NCBI GenBank assembly: GCA_024137785.1
Contig: JAHRHZ010000056.1
Location: 25,267,163 to 25,328,109, forward strand
Direction of reading: 5' to 3'
Source of the DNA: Ginglymostoma cirratum
Lineage: Eukaryota
Length of the DNA: 60,947 bases
Below are positions 24,480-36,829 of the stretch, one piece after another. The position numbers and the translations under genes were made by a program. The first letter of the stretch is position 1. The number at the start of each line of letters is the position of its first letter. The notes beneath the pieces are model-generated. The model searched no databases, was not told the origin of the DNA, and saw nothing but the letters and a program-made list of their open reading frames with translations.

Positions 24480-25588
24480 AGATAAAACGTTGTGGAGCTG
24501 GATAAATACAGCAGGCCGAGCATCATCAGATGAGCAGGAAAGTTGATGTTTCGGGTCGAGACCCTTCATCAGAAATGGGGGAGGGGAAGGGGATTCTGAA
24601 ATAAATAGGGAGAGAGGGGGAGGCGGATAGAAGATGGATAAAGGAGAAGACAGGTGGAGAGGAGACAGACAGGTCAAAGAGGCGGGGTTAGAACCAGTGA
24701 AGGTGAATGTAGGTGGGGGATAGGTCAGTCCAGGGAGGACGGACAGGTCAAGGAGGCGGGATGAGGCTAGTGGGTAGGAGATGGGGGTGGGGCTTGAGGT
24801 GGGAGGAATGGTTAGGGAGGTGGGGACTAGCTGGGCTGGTTTTGGGATGTCGTTGAGGGAGGGGAGATTTTGAAGCTTGTGAAGTCCACATTGATACCCT
24901 TGGGTTGCAGGGTTCCCAAGCAGAATATGAGATGCTGTTTCTACAGCTTTCGGGTGGCATCATTGTGGCAATGCAGGAGGCCCAAGACGGACATGTCGTC
25001 CGAGGAGTTGGGTGGGGGTTGGGGTGGAGGTGGGGTGGGAGCGAGTCGAAATGGTTCGCGACTGGGAGGTGTAGTTGTTTGTTGCAAATGGAGCGTAGGT
25101 GGTCTGCACAGCGGTCCCCAAGCCTCCGCTTGGTTTCCCCGATGTAGAGGAGGCCACAATGGGAACAGCGGATGCAGTATACCACATTAGCAGATGTGCA
25201 GGTGAACATCTGTTTGATGTGGAAGGTCTTCTTGGGGCCTGGGATGGGGATAAGGGGGGAGGTGTAGGGGCAGGTATAGCATTTGCTTCGGTTGCAGGGA
25301 AAAGTGCCAGGTGTGGTAGGGCTGGAGGGGAGTGTGGAGCGGACAAGGGAGTCAGAGAGTGGTCCCTCTGGAAAGCAGACAAGGGTGGGGAGGGAAAAAT
25401 GTCTTTGGTGGTGGGGTCGGATTGCAGATTGCGGAAATGTCAGAGGATGATGCGTTGGATTCGGAGGTTGGTGGGGTGGTACGTGAGGACGAGAGGGATT
25501 CTGTTTTGGTTGTTATAGCGGGTAGGGGGTGTGGAGGATGAGTTGCGGAAATGCGGGAGACACGGTCAAGGGCATTTTCGATCAATTA
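24480..25588 (-). mobile_element. Penelope-like retroelement (family A), 5'-truncated; GIY-YIG endonuclease + pLTR; ~15-bp TSD
   Basis: ORF 24748-25209 (FTCTSANVVYCIRCSHCGLLYIGETKRRLGDR.ADHL..PVANHF) is a GIY-YIG domain. TSD GCT(A/C)TTAGCTTTCAG at 24465-24479 / 25589-25603. Hammerhead motif at 24541-24576. Confidence 0.9.
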
Positions 25589-26464
25589 GCTCTTAGCTTT
25601 CAGTTGTCAAGTTCTGCAATTTACTCCCTAAGCCCTCTGTGTCTCTACCTTGATTTCCTTCTTGAAACCTTTCTCTTTAGCCAAATGTTTGGCCATTTGC
25701 CTTAATATCTTCTCATGTGGCAAGGTGACAAAGTTTGTTTGATAACACCTGTTGTGTACATTGGCATGTCTTAGTATCCTAAATGATATGAATATTATTG
25801 AGTAGAGATATGGGATTTTATTTTGCATCAGGCTGATGAGGTGTATTTTGCAGAGCTGAAGGCATGAAACAATATCATATTAGTTTATATTAAATCTCCA
25901 AGTCTGTGGTATGTGGTTTGAAAAAGCATTTTTAAATATCACGTCCCTGTCAGTCTAGTGATGTGTGTTCTTGGAGCATATGTGCTGTAGCACAGGCAGC
26001 ATTTACTTCCGAGCTGCTGTTGCTGTGAGAATCTATTTGGCCTTGAACTGTTGCAGTCCTGGTAATGATAGCATTTCCATAGTGCCATTAGTCAGCTATT
26101 TTAAATTTTATGACCCAGTTACGGTAAAGAAGGCGGTATAAGTACAAATCAGAATTGGGTTCCACTCAGCTGAATCTTCCCCTCCCTAGAGGTCACTGCA
26201 AGGACAAGTTGTGGATCGAGTTGGTACTGGATAGGTACCTGCCCATTTCCTGACACCAGTTAGGGCCCTACAGCCTCAATGGGCAACTGCATAATTTGGT
26301 CCAATTTCTCCCCTCCCAGGCAAATGAGGAAAAGGCACAGTTTCCCTAGCAGGGAAACCAGACAACACGCTGCAGTTTTTGGTATGAATCCATTTGCCTC
26401 AATTGGGGTAGTTGTGGGCATGAAAGGGGGAGTGGAAGTGAAGTGGCTGCTAAAATCGTCCACT

Positions 26465-26700
26465 CTGTGTCTCTACCCTCTCCCTTCCCCACTCTTTCCT
26501 CCCTACTTTTCTCCTGCCTGTCTGTCAATGCCCTCCTTTTTTTTTCTTGCTATCCCATTGCCCCCACCCACCCTCATGTCATGCTGTCCCCATTGCCACC
26601 CCTGTCGTCCCCCCAATTGTCCCTTGCATACCTCACCTCTTACACCTCTCCACTCTTGCCCCCTTGCCTTCCTCCCCCTCATCCTCCTTTCACCCCTTGA
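26465..26700 (+). repeat. Pyrimidine (C/T)-rich low-complexity tract
   Basis: Strong C/T strand bias over ~235 bp. Confidence 0.7.
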
Positions 26701-28860
26701 TTGCAAATAATTTATCCACTTCTGCCTTACCAGTTTTCAAAGATTCTGTTTCCACTGCCTTTTGAGGAAGAGAGTTCCAAAACTTGAGGGTCTTTGAGAA
26801 ATTGTTTTGCCTTTCTATGTCTTAAATGGTAACTTTATTTTTTTATTTGAGATCCTGTCAAGCCCTTCAAAATCTCATATGTTTCAATCAAGTTGACTCT
26901 TGCTCTTCTAAACTCCAGTGGATAGAAACCTAGCCTGTCCAATCCTTAAGACAACCCTTTCATTCAAGGCGTTAGTCTAGTAAACCTTCTCTGAACTGCT
27001 TCCAGTGTATTTATATTGTGCAATAAGGAGACCAGTATTGTATACAATATTCCAGATGTGGTTTCACAGTACTCAGTATAACTGAAGCATGAACTCCCTA
27101 GTTTAGTATTAAATTTACCTTGCAATAAATGATGACATTCTGTTAGCTTTCCTGATTACTTGCTATGGCTGCACACTGATCTGTTCTGACTCATCCACTA
27201 GGACATGCGGATCTCTCCATATGTCAGCACTTTACCTCTGGCTCTCACTATTTAAATAATGTGTTTTTAAAACTTTTTTTCCAAATTGGACAGTTTCAAA
27301 TTTTCCCCACTCTTATTTGTTGGATCTTTGCCCACTCACTTAACCTATCTAGCTCTCCCTGTAGTGTCTTTATGTCCTCTTCACTACTTTTAGTCATCTG
27401 TGTCAGTGTCAAATTTATTAACTATGTCTTTGCCTTCATCCTATTCATTTAAATTGTAAATACAGTAGTTGAGGTCCCAGCATTGCATCCTGTGGCACAT
27501 AAATTGTTACAATTTGCAAAAAGACCCATTTATACTTGCTCTATTTCCTTTTAGTTACCCAATATTTTGTAAATGTCAGCGCGTAATCCAAACCATGAAC
27601 TTTTTTTTTTCCTGCAATAACTTTAGTTGTGGCATCTTCTCAGATGCTTTCTGGAAATCTACATAAAGTATATCCATAGGTTCTCCATTACCCACGGCAC
27701 ATGTAACTTTTTCAAAGATCCCGAATAAATCGGCTCAATGCAGTTTTCCTTTCACAAGTACCCTGCTATCATGTCTTTAATGTTTCCCTCTGACAAGTGT
27801 CATGCTTACTGGCCTGTAGATTCTTGCTTTCTATCTCCCATTTTTGAATACAGTAGTTACATTTGCTGTCTTCCAAAGTCATAGACTATTCAGAATATAG
27901 TGAATTTCAGAAAATCAGAGCCAATGCATCAACTATCTCACAAGCTGCTACTTTTAACATCTTAGAATAAATTCTGTCAGACATGAGGAGTTGACAGCCC
28001 AGAATTTTAGCAATTTCCTCAGTACCACTTCTCTGGTGATATGAATATTCTTGAGTTCCTCACTCCTTTCAATTTCCTGTTTTACAATTATTTTTGGGAA
28101 TTCACTTATCTTCTATAGTGAAGGCCAGTGCCACAGATCTGTTCAATTCATCTGTCGTCATCTTATTTTCCACGGTTAATTCCTCAGACTTACGTTCCAT
28201 AGGGCCATCGTACATTGTGTTAATTCTTATTATTTTGGCTGACTTTCTCATACTGTATTTTCTTTTCCTCAAATCTTTTAGTCATTTTTTGCTGCTTTAT
28301 TTTTTACCTACCACCTATTTTTCACAATGATTGGCTTTTACTTCAAGCTCGATACTTTCGTTAACATTATTAGTTTACCACATGGAATTTTTTTTTATTT
28401 CATTAGAATGTATGTATGTTGCATATTCTGAGCAATTCCTCGAATGTCACTCGCTACACCTCTATCGATCTATCCTTCAATTTAATTGGCAGTTCACTTT
28501 AGCTAGCTCTGCTTTCAAACCCTCACAATTGCCCTTCTTTACATGTAAAATACTAATCTTGAACACACTTTTCTCCCTCAAACAGAATGTAAAGTTCAAC
28601 AATGGTTATTTAGGGGCGCTGTCATTGAGAGTTCATTAATCAATCCTATTTCAGTGCACAGTTCCAAGTCTAGTGTAGCCTGCTGTGGATGGATCCAGAA
28701 TATGTTCCTCTAAGGAACAATCCTGAAAACATTTTGTGAGCTTCTTATCGAGGCTTCCTCTGTTCACCTGTTTTTTCCTGTCTGAGTGTAGGTTAAAATC
28801 CGCAGTGATATTGCCTTACCTTTCTGACAAGCTCCCATTATTTCCTTCTTTGTGCTCAAG
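26700..28860 (-). mobile_element. Long, degraded CR1 LINE (ORF2 endonuclease to 3' region)
   Basis: Minus strand shows the remnant DFQKA at ~27645-27665 and the CR1 C-terminal region at 26850-27150. Confidence 0.75.
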
Positions 28861-28969
28861 TTTTGTTTTCAAAGTTGCTAATGAGTCTGCCTTACTTCAG
28901 AAATTATATACCTGATCATAGTAAGTTACTTATATTTAAGTTCATTGAGTCAATCGTAGAGTATTACAG

Positions 28970-29196
28970 CATGGTGGGGTTTGGTTAGTTCAGTTACTTA
29001 AGTAACTGATTTACAGTGTTGCTAATAGCTTGGGCTCAATTTCCTTACTCGCTGAGGTTACCCATGAAAGACTGTCCTTTTCAATCTCTCCCCTTACCTG
29101 AGATGTGGTGACTGTCAGGTTAACCCACCCCTCAGTTTTGTGTCTCAAATGAGAGAGCAGCCCTATCATTCAGTAGGACTATGGCAACTTTATTTT
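28970..29196 (+). mobile_element. tRNA-derived SINE (distinct family) inserted in a CR1 3' end, 8-bp TSD
   Basis: TATTACAG at 28962-28969 and 29197-29204. Partial related copy at ~23755-23830. Confidence 0.6.
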
Positions 29197-30380
29197 TATT
29201 ACAGTACAGAAAGAGGCCCTTTGGCCCGTCTAGTCTGTGCTGGTTGTTAAACACCTCAGTACTCTAATTTTGCTTTTTTGACACTTGGCTTCATAGTCCT
29301 GTATGCTATGACATTTCAAGGGTTCATCTAAATATTTTTTAAATGTTGTGATAGTTCTCACCTCTCACCACCCTTTCGGGCAATGAGCTCCAGATACCTG
29401 TCAACTTCTGGGTGAAGAGATTTCTTCTTAAATCCCCCTAAACCTCCGTCTCTTGGCTTAAACATATGCTCCCTGGTAATTGACCCCTCTACTAAAGGGA
29501 AAATTTATTCCTATCGACTGTATTTATGCCCCTCACAATTTTGTAAACCTTAATCAAGTATGTCATCAGCCTTTTCTGCACCAAGGGAAACAACCCTAGT
29601 CTGTGCCTTTTTTTTTTTGTAATTGAAATGCATCAACCCAAACACCATCCTGGTGAATCTCCCCTGCAGCCTCCAGGACAGTCTCATCTGTCCCATAGTT
29701 TAGTGACCTGAAGTGCATGTAGTAGGTCAATTGTGGCCTAGCTGCGCATCCTGTACAGCTCTATCATAACCTCCAAGCTCTTGTATTCCATACTACAACT
29801 AAAAAGGCAAAAGTTCCATATGCCTTTTTAGTCACCCTATTCCACTTGTCCTGTTGTCTTTGAACATCCAAGTAAGGTTCTGCTGATCCTCAGTGCTACC
29901 ATTCATTGTGTACTACTTCGTCTTGTTAGTTTTCCCAAAATTCATTTCTTCACATTTTTTAGGAGTAAACTCCATCTGCCACTGGTTTGCCCATCTGACT
30001 TGGTTGTCTCTGTTCCTGTAATTTAAAGTTTCCTCCTTGCTGTTTATCACACTTCTCAAAAGACACAAACATTGGTACTTACTGATCAAATCTCCGACGT
30101 GTGTGTCCTCCAAGAGGCCAGCAGCAAACCCTCTGATATTCCACTGGACACAGGTTTCCAGGCACACACACTGCAGACTCTGGCTCCTGCACTTTTGCCA
30201 ATTTGGATCCAATTTGCCAAACTGATTTGGATTTCAAGGCCTGTCATCTTTTAAACCATTCTCCAATGCAACACTTTCTCAAAAGCCTTACTGAAGGCTA
30301 CATCAATGCATTTGTGGTATGACCCACATCCGCACACTTAGTATCTCAAAAATTAAATCAAATTGTTAGACATGATCTTA
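29197..30380 (-). mobile_element. CR1 LINE fragment
   Basis: ORF 29913-30212 ends WANQWQMEFTPKKCEEMNFG. CR1 3' UTR near 29200-29400. Confidence 0.85.
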
Positions 30381-30879
30381 GGAAAGTCAATTTCTTCACA
30401 ACATATTACTGCCTCTTGATTGCCATTAAATACCTTGTGGCGTTATTACTACAGAAACAAAGTCAGATGAGGGTATAAAAGGTATAAAATTTAGTTTATG
30501 GTCTTTAATTGGCTACTAATGTGAGAATTTTTTTAAAAGTATGTTAAAAATAACAATCCTCCATTGTAATGGCATGAATTGGATCCTTTTCATTTGATAA
30601 GGTATTAGTGGCAGCCCATTTATGAACATTGGGAACTCTGGGATACTTGACGAACACAGTAGGTTAGCTTGCCCTCAGTTTAGATCCCATATTAAAGGTG
30701 GTGTGTAACATAAGTGTTTGGAATGTAAGGTTACACAGCCTGGTCTCATTGTGAACCATGGGTTATCCCATCCACTCAGACCAACTTTGGTTTCACCTGA
30801 TCCCACCATTCATCATTGATATTATGTAAGCTTATTTCAGAACCTGAAGGCAACACTATACCAGATCCACAAGGAACGA

Positions 30880-31560
30880 ATATAGCCTGTGTTTGAAAAG
30901 TATTGACTTATTACTTCCCTGTGAGGGTAAATGTCAGTGCAATTCAGCATCAACTCTGATGTGCCAATGCATCCTTTGGTCATATATGGAATAAAGTGTT
31001 TGATCTCAAATCCAATCTTCCTGTATGCATTGGAGACATGGACAATATACAGCAGATACTGTCATCTTTTGTGAAATATCACCAGCAAGGTCTTTGCGAA
31101 ATCTTGCAAGTCCACTAGTGAAAGAGGTGCTCCAATTTCAATGTCCACTCATGAGCTGACGTTTGCAGTAACAATACACTGGTTGTGATCATTCAGCTGT
31201 TTTCCAGACCACAAATTCTACGTGCCTGACACAAATCTTGCAAAACAAGTTCTGTACTCTTGAGCTTCACAGCAAGTGGTTAAGAGGGCAGAGGGAACAC
31301 TTCAAGCATGTTCGTAAAGCTTCCCTGAAAAATGTAATACTTCCACTGACCTGTGGGAATCTTAAGCCCTACAAGATTGCCCAATTTGACAAAGAAATAT
31401 CCACAAAGGAGCCAGTCATTTCAAGCACTTCTGACTGCCCCAGATGACACTAATTGCAAACAGGAGGAGGAGCATGTGAAAACCCAAGAATCCCACTTAG
31501 CCTCTTCAGCAACCTGCCTGCCCTGTCATAAGGATTGCGATTTCATATTAGACTATTTTT
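30880..31560 (+). mobile_element. RTE-clade (BovB-like) LINE 3' fragment
   Basis: Remnants LYALETWTIYSR, YHQQGL.EILQVH and RGQREHFKHVRKASLK are typical of the RTE ORF C-terminus. Confidence 0.7.
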
Positions 31561-32109
31561 CACTTAATGACTCACAACGCTGGAGTGGAAGAAAGTCATC
31601 CTCAATCCTGAGGAATTACCTTAGGGAGAAGGCTTACTGCTCATAATTAATTTATCACACATTTTGTGGACTAAAATAATTAGGTGGCAGAAGTATTCCA
31701 AAAGAAAATCAAAACTTGGCATCTATCTTATTGATTCCAATTTTTGAATTAAATTTAATTAAATGTCAACCGAAATTTACCCTGCATCAGGACCAAAAAT
31801 AACAGCAATACCTTGTACTAAGAATGCTGCTAAAGCTTAATTTTGACATTTGAAATACTCTGCACTTCCTCATCAGAGCCATTAGACTGAAAATAAACGG
31901 TTTAACATTCAGCAAGAGCAGTAGGCAAATGGGTTAAAAGTTTGTACAACAATATCCCACAGTGTAATTTTCAAAGTAGCTGATTCAGATAATAATGAAG
32001 ACGATTAATTACTGTCCCTGTTCTTAAAGATCTTTGTAATATCTCCCAACAATTCTAAAATTAATTCCTCAGACTTTCTTTTCATCAACCAGTGCCAAAA
32101 TATTTTGTC

Positions 32110-32185
32110 ACAGAAACAGAAATTGCTGGGAAAAATCAGCAGGCCTGGCAGCATCTGTGGAGAGAAAACATTTTGGGCCCCAGTT
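32110..32185 (-). mobile_element. PLE-derived mini-element family B fragment
   Basis: AAATTGCTGGGAAAAATCAGCAGGCCTGGCAGCATCTGTGGAGAG. Confidence 0.6.
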
Positions 32186-32489
32186 TGTAGTCACTGCGTG
32201 AGAGTCCCAGTTTATATTTTAAGAAAAGGTAGATAATAATCCCTGCTGTTTCCCACTCAAAAGTTGCCATCTCTTGTTAGTGCTGAATTGTGATCAAATA
32301 GCAATGACCTGCTCACTGAGACTCTGTGTTCCATCATGACCACTCAGCTCCTCACTTCATTTACAGGCTCAGACCAAACATCTTGAACTCCTGAGGTAGG
32401 AGAGAATGATTGTTTTGATACTAAAACAGCATTTGGCTGAGCATAGCATCTAGGAGCACCAGCGAAAAAGAGGGCATTGGGAAATGGGG

Positions 32490-33540
32490 GGAACTGTCCA
32501 CAGATTGCCGTCATATGCAATACTAAGGAAGTTCGTTGTGATTGTTTGAGGTCAGTCATCTCAGTCCCAGGACATTGCCATAGATGTTCCTCAACCATCT
32601 GCAGCTGCTTCTTCAATGACTTTCCCTCATCATAAAAGTCAAAAGTGTGGATGTTCGTTGAGGATTCAGCACAGTTCAAGACTACTTAGATACTGAAGCA
32701 GTCTATGCCCACGTGCAGCAAGACCTTAACAAGAATGAGGCTTGAATAATTACTTTGAAACATTAGGCCTTAAAATTGTACTGTGCAATATTACTGGACA
32801 AGGGATGACAAGTGGTAAGGGTCATTGATACCGCACAAGTTCCAGGCAGTGGCAATCTTCAACGAGAGAGAATCTAACCACCACTTCTTGCCATTAACAT
32901 TAGGAGCTGTCAAAAAGAGTTCAATCAGCCTTTTAAATACGTGGCTACAAGTAGAGGTCAGAAATTAGAATTATTTGGTGGTCATCTCACCATCTGTTTC
33001 CTCAAAGCTTGTCCACAATCTACAAAGCAAGTTAGGAATGAGATGGAATATCCTCCATTTGCCTGGATGGCTACAACTCTGGCAAGAACGCCCTCAAGAA
33101 ACTCGTAGTAATCCAGGGAAAAAGCAGGCTGCTTAATTGGTATCCTGTCCACTTCCTACAACATTCACCCCTCCACCAGTGATATACAGTGGAGCTGGTA
33201 TGTACCACGACAAGATGTGCTTGCAACAACTCTCCAAGGCCTCTTCCACCGAACCATCCAAACCCATGGCCTTTACCATCTGATAGGACATATTGCATGA
33301 AAACCACCTCCTGCAAGTCTCCCTCCAAACTGAACACCAACTTGGCTATTCCTTCACTACTGCTGGATCAAAATCCTGAAATTCTTTCCCTAACGGCTTT
33401 GTGGATATGTGTCTTTACTGCATGGATTACTGTGGGTAAATAAGACAGCACACCACCATCATGTCCAAGGAAAGTAGAAATGGACAGTAATTGCTTGCCT
33501 AGCCAGCCCAAGTCCACATCCTATGCACAAATGAAAATAA
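32490..33540 (+). mobile_element. RTE-X/CR1-group-like LINE (RT + 3' end)
   Basis: Decayed SCFFND..MFVED RT motifs and MEYPPFAWMA. 3' tail matches the SINE tail. Confidence 0.75.
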
Positions 33541-34599
33541 AAATTGTCAAAATGTGAAAATTTAACAGTTGTTAGTTAACTAGAATATTTGTTTGCATTT
33601 GTGAAGTCTAATGGCTTATTTTCTGCTCTAGGTGAGTTATATTTTCTCATTTTGGCAAATTGTTGTTAATTTTACAAAACAACTGTAATTTTCAAAACAG
33701 CAAAACTATCTACAAGGTGTGACCACTACAGCAGTCCCACATCCATGTAGACTCAGACTTGAATGGAAAGGTGGTAAAATGAGAAAGAGATTATCTCTCT
33801 ACAATTTCTGAGGTGGTTATAGGCCCTATTAACTTACCAATGTCAAAGTGAAACAAAGTTAAATCAACTTTAAATGTGACCTGATTGAGTATCTGTATCC
33901 TCGTTCATTCTAGTGACATAATATAATATTTCTCATGAGTGTGCCAAACTAATGTGACTATCAACTACTCAGTTGCCCTTTCACCTGTCGTGATGAATAT
34001 CTGTGCCCTTTAGCTGCCTGTTATTTAATGTCCGTCATCTAGTCACACAAATATTTATGCTGTTCAATTGTTCTGACATAAATAAATCTGTGATATTGTG
34101 CATTATGTGGACACTGTCTGTTGCCCTAAAGTCCTGGCTCAGTCAAGAATGGTACCACTGTGCCAGGAAAACTCCTGACCTATTTCCTTGCATCTGAATC
34201 TTCTCACTGTCTATTGAGATGATCAGTAATGAGATGATCTTCAAAAGAAAAATAGTGCCCTCACTGGCATATCTGTGGGATTGTTTGATACTTGCAAATT
34301 GGAACCCAGCCCCTGCAAAGAAAATGAACAATCCATTAATTAAATGAACTATTCTTTACGGTAGAGCAAGTCAGTTTTCCTGTTGACGTAGACTTCAGGA
34401 CTGTTTATTGGTCATGTTTGATATAATGAGAAAGGGCAGCCTTATTAGCTGCAGTGTGCTGAAACCACTTTTAAGTTGATTTTTGGTGACAAATATTGAA
34501 ACAGTGTTAGCCTCTTTATATAATAGACAGATGCCATACATAAAATCTCCTTATTACTTTCTCCTTTGAAATGAATATTTTGCATAGCATTGTCTGGAT

Positions 34600-34915
34600 T
34601 TACTAACATCTTTTAAGTCTGAAGATCACGGCTTCAAGTCTTATGGAGCTTGAACCTGTAAGGACAGTACTGCATTCTTAGACGCATTGCATTCCATGTG
34701 GAATGTGAAGTGAATACCATTTCCCTTATAGTGGGCATTTAAAGATCTCAGGGCAGTATTTTAATAAAAGAAGGGGAGTTCTTCTGTTCAATATTTATCC
34801 CTCAACAAATACCCGGATCACCAATGATTTAATTTAAAATTGTTTGACTGCCAGATTTGCCAAATGAATTGTGAATATGCTGCAAAAGTAATTCAACCAT
34901 AAAGGGCTTTGGGAA
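34600..34915 (+). mobile_element. Deu-domain SINE remnant (SacSINE1/AmnSINE-like)
   Basis: AAAGATCTCAGGGCAGTATTTT..AGGGGAGTTC..CAATATTTATCCCTCAAC resembles the Deu core. Related remnants at ~5700-5870 (-), 22960-23080 (-) and 52860-52990 (-). Confidence 0.55.
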
Positions 34916-34919
34916 GTTT

Positions 34920-35090
34920 TTTGTATTCATCCATAGGATGTAGGTGTCAGTGGCCCAGCCAGCATTGATTGACCATCCCTAATTGTCTAGAGGGCACTTA
35001 AGAATTAACCACACGTTTCTGTGCTTTTGGATTCTAGGTAAGACTGAATAAGGTTGGCAGCTTCCAGAAAGTTTCTAGTTTCCAGATTTT
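34920..35090 (-). mobile_element. 3' part of tRNA-headed SINE
   Basis: Reverse complement of the tail seen at 15365-15460. Confidence 0.65.
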
Positions 35091-35094
35091 GATT

Positions 35095-35570
35095 CTGGGC
35101 TCCCCCACCATTTGGGAGTATTCTTCCTGCATCTAATCTGTCAGTTCCTATTAGAGTTTTATAGGTTACTATGATATTCCCCCTTGTTCTTCTGAACTCT
35201 AGTGAATACAATACTCACTGTCTCAATCTCTCCTCATACGTCAGTCCTGCTATCCCAGGAATTAATTTGGAAACCTTCGTTCCACTCCCTCTATAGAAAG
35301 TATGTCCTTCCTCACACAAAGAAACCAAAACTACACAAGCTATTCCAGGTGTGACCTCACTAATGTCCCGTAAAATTGTAGTAACGTATCCTCGTTCCTG
35401 CCCTTGAATCGTCTCATCGTGTAGGCCAAAATACAGTCTGCCTTCTTTACTGCCTGCTGCTCCTGCATGCTTACTTTCAATGGCTGGTGCATGAGGGCGC
35501 CTAGGTCTCGTTGAACATTCCCTTCTCTCAATTTACAGCTATTCAAATAATAATCTGCCTTTCTGTTTTG
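35095..35570 (-). mobile_element. CR1 LINE fragment
   Basis: ORFs 35340-35546 (QRDLGAL..LVRSHLE) and 35005-35211 (YSLEFRRTRGN). Confidence 0.85.
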
Positions 35571-35869
35571 GAGTCTGTCTTCCTGTTATTGAAGCAAGGT
35601 TCTTCAGTATTGTATCTAACTATGCTCCTGCCACACTCTGACTTTGCCGAGAATTAAGTCCACTACACTCTTCAATCAGACTAGTTTTATCGCCGGTGCT
35701 GGCTTTGCTATTCTCACAGATGAGCAAACTTGCAATGTTAAAAACATCAGGCTGAATAATACTTTTGGAAGACTGCTCCATGAATTGCAACTTTTTAATG
35801 TCAGGTATTTTATTTCAAATTCACGCTCGGAATCCTATATTTCAGCAAATTCCCCAGATTCCAGAAGTA

Positions 35870-36790
35870 ATCATAAAATGTAAGACGTAGGAGCCTATTG
35901 AGTCTGCTTCCCCATTCTGAGGTCATGGTTGATGTGATAATCTTCACTCCACTTTCTTCCATTTTTTCATAACTTTTGTTTCCCTTACTAATTAATCTAT
36001 CTCAGCCTTGAATATACTTTATGACTCAGGCTTGACAGCCCTCTGCTGTAAAGAATTCCACAGATTCACTATCCTCTGAGAAAAGAAAGTCCTCCTCATC
36101 TCAGTCTTAAATCTGTGACCCCTTATTCTGACATTATGCCATCTGATCCTAGACTCTACCACAATATGATACAACCTTTTCACAACTACCCTGTTGAGTC
36201 CCTGAAGAATCTTGTGTGCCATAGTAAGGACTGCTTTCATTCTTCTCGATTCCAAAGACTAGAGGCCCAACCTACTCAACCCCCCCTTCATTAGGCAGTC
36301 CCTGTATACCTGGTCTTCGTTTAGTGAGCCTTCTCTGGACAGCTTCCAATACGACTATATCTTCCTTTACATAAAGAGCCCAGAACTGTTTGTAGCATTC
36401 CAGCTGTTGTCTGACTTGGGCCTTGTGTACTTTTATAAAATCTTCCTAATTTTATAACAAACGCAGAAATTACTGGAAAAGTTGTGCAGGTCAGGCAGCA
36501 TCTGTGGCGAGAAAATAGTGTTTCAAATGCAGTGACTCTTCAGAATTGGATTCCATTTGGCTCTCCTATTACCTGGTCTACTTGAATGCTAGCTTTGTGT
36601 TTCGTGATTGAGAGATCCCAAATCCTGTTTTGTAGCTTTGTGTTGACATTCTCCATTCAAATACTATTATTCTACTCCATTCTTCCTGCTAAAGTGCATA
36701 ACCTAACATTTTCCCACATTATATTCCATCTGCTGAGTTATTGCCCACTTGCTTAATCTGTCTCTATCCCTCTGCAAACTATTTGTGTCA
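35870..36790 (-). mobile_element. CR1 LINE fragment, interrupted by a PLE mini-element at ~36455-36548
   Basis: ORF 36019-36255 (FKTEMRRTFFSQRIVNLWNSL). Confidence 0.85.
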
Positions 36791-36829
36791 TCATTGCCAC
36801 TGGCATTCCCATCTGGTTTGGGATGGGAC

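Noticed and set aside
26260-26765. Overlapping ORFs with Pro/Leu- or Gly/Arg-rich products
   Set aside because: By-product of the C/T-rich low-complexity tract.
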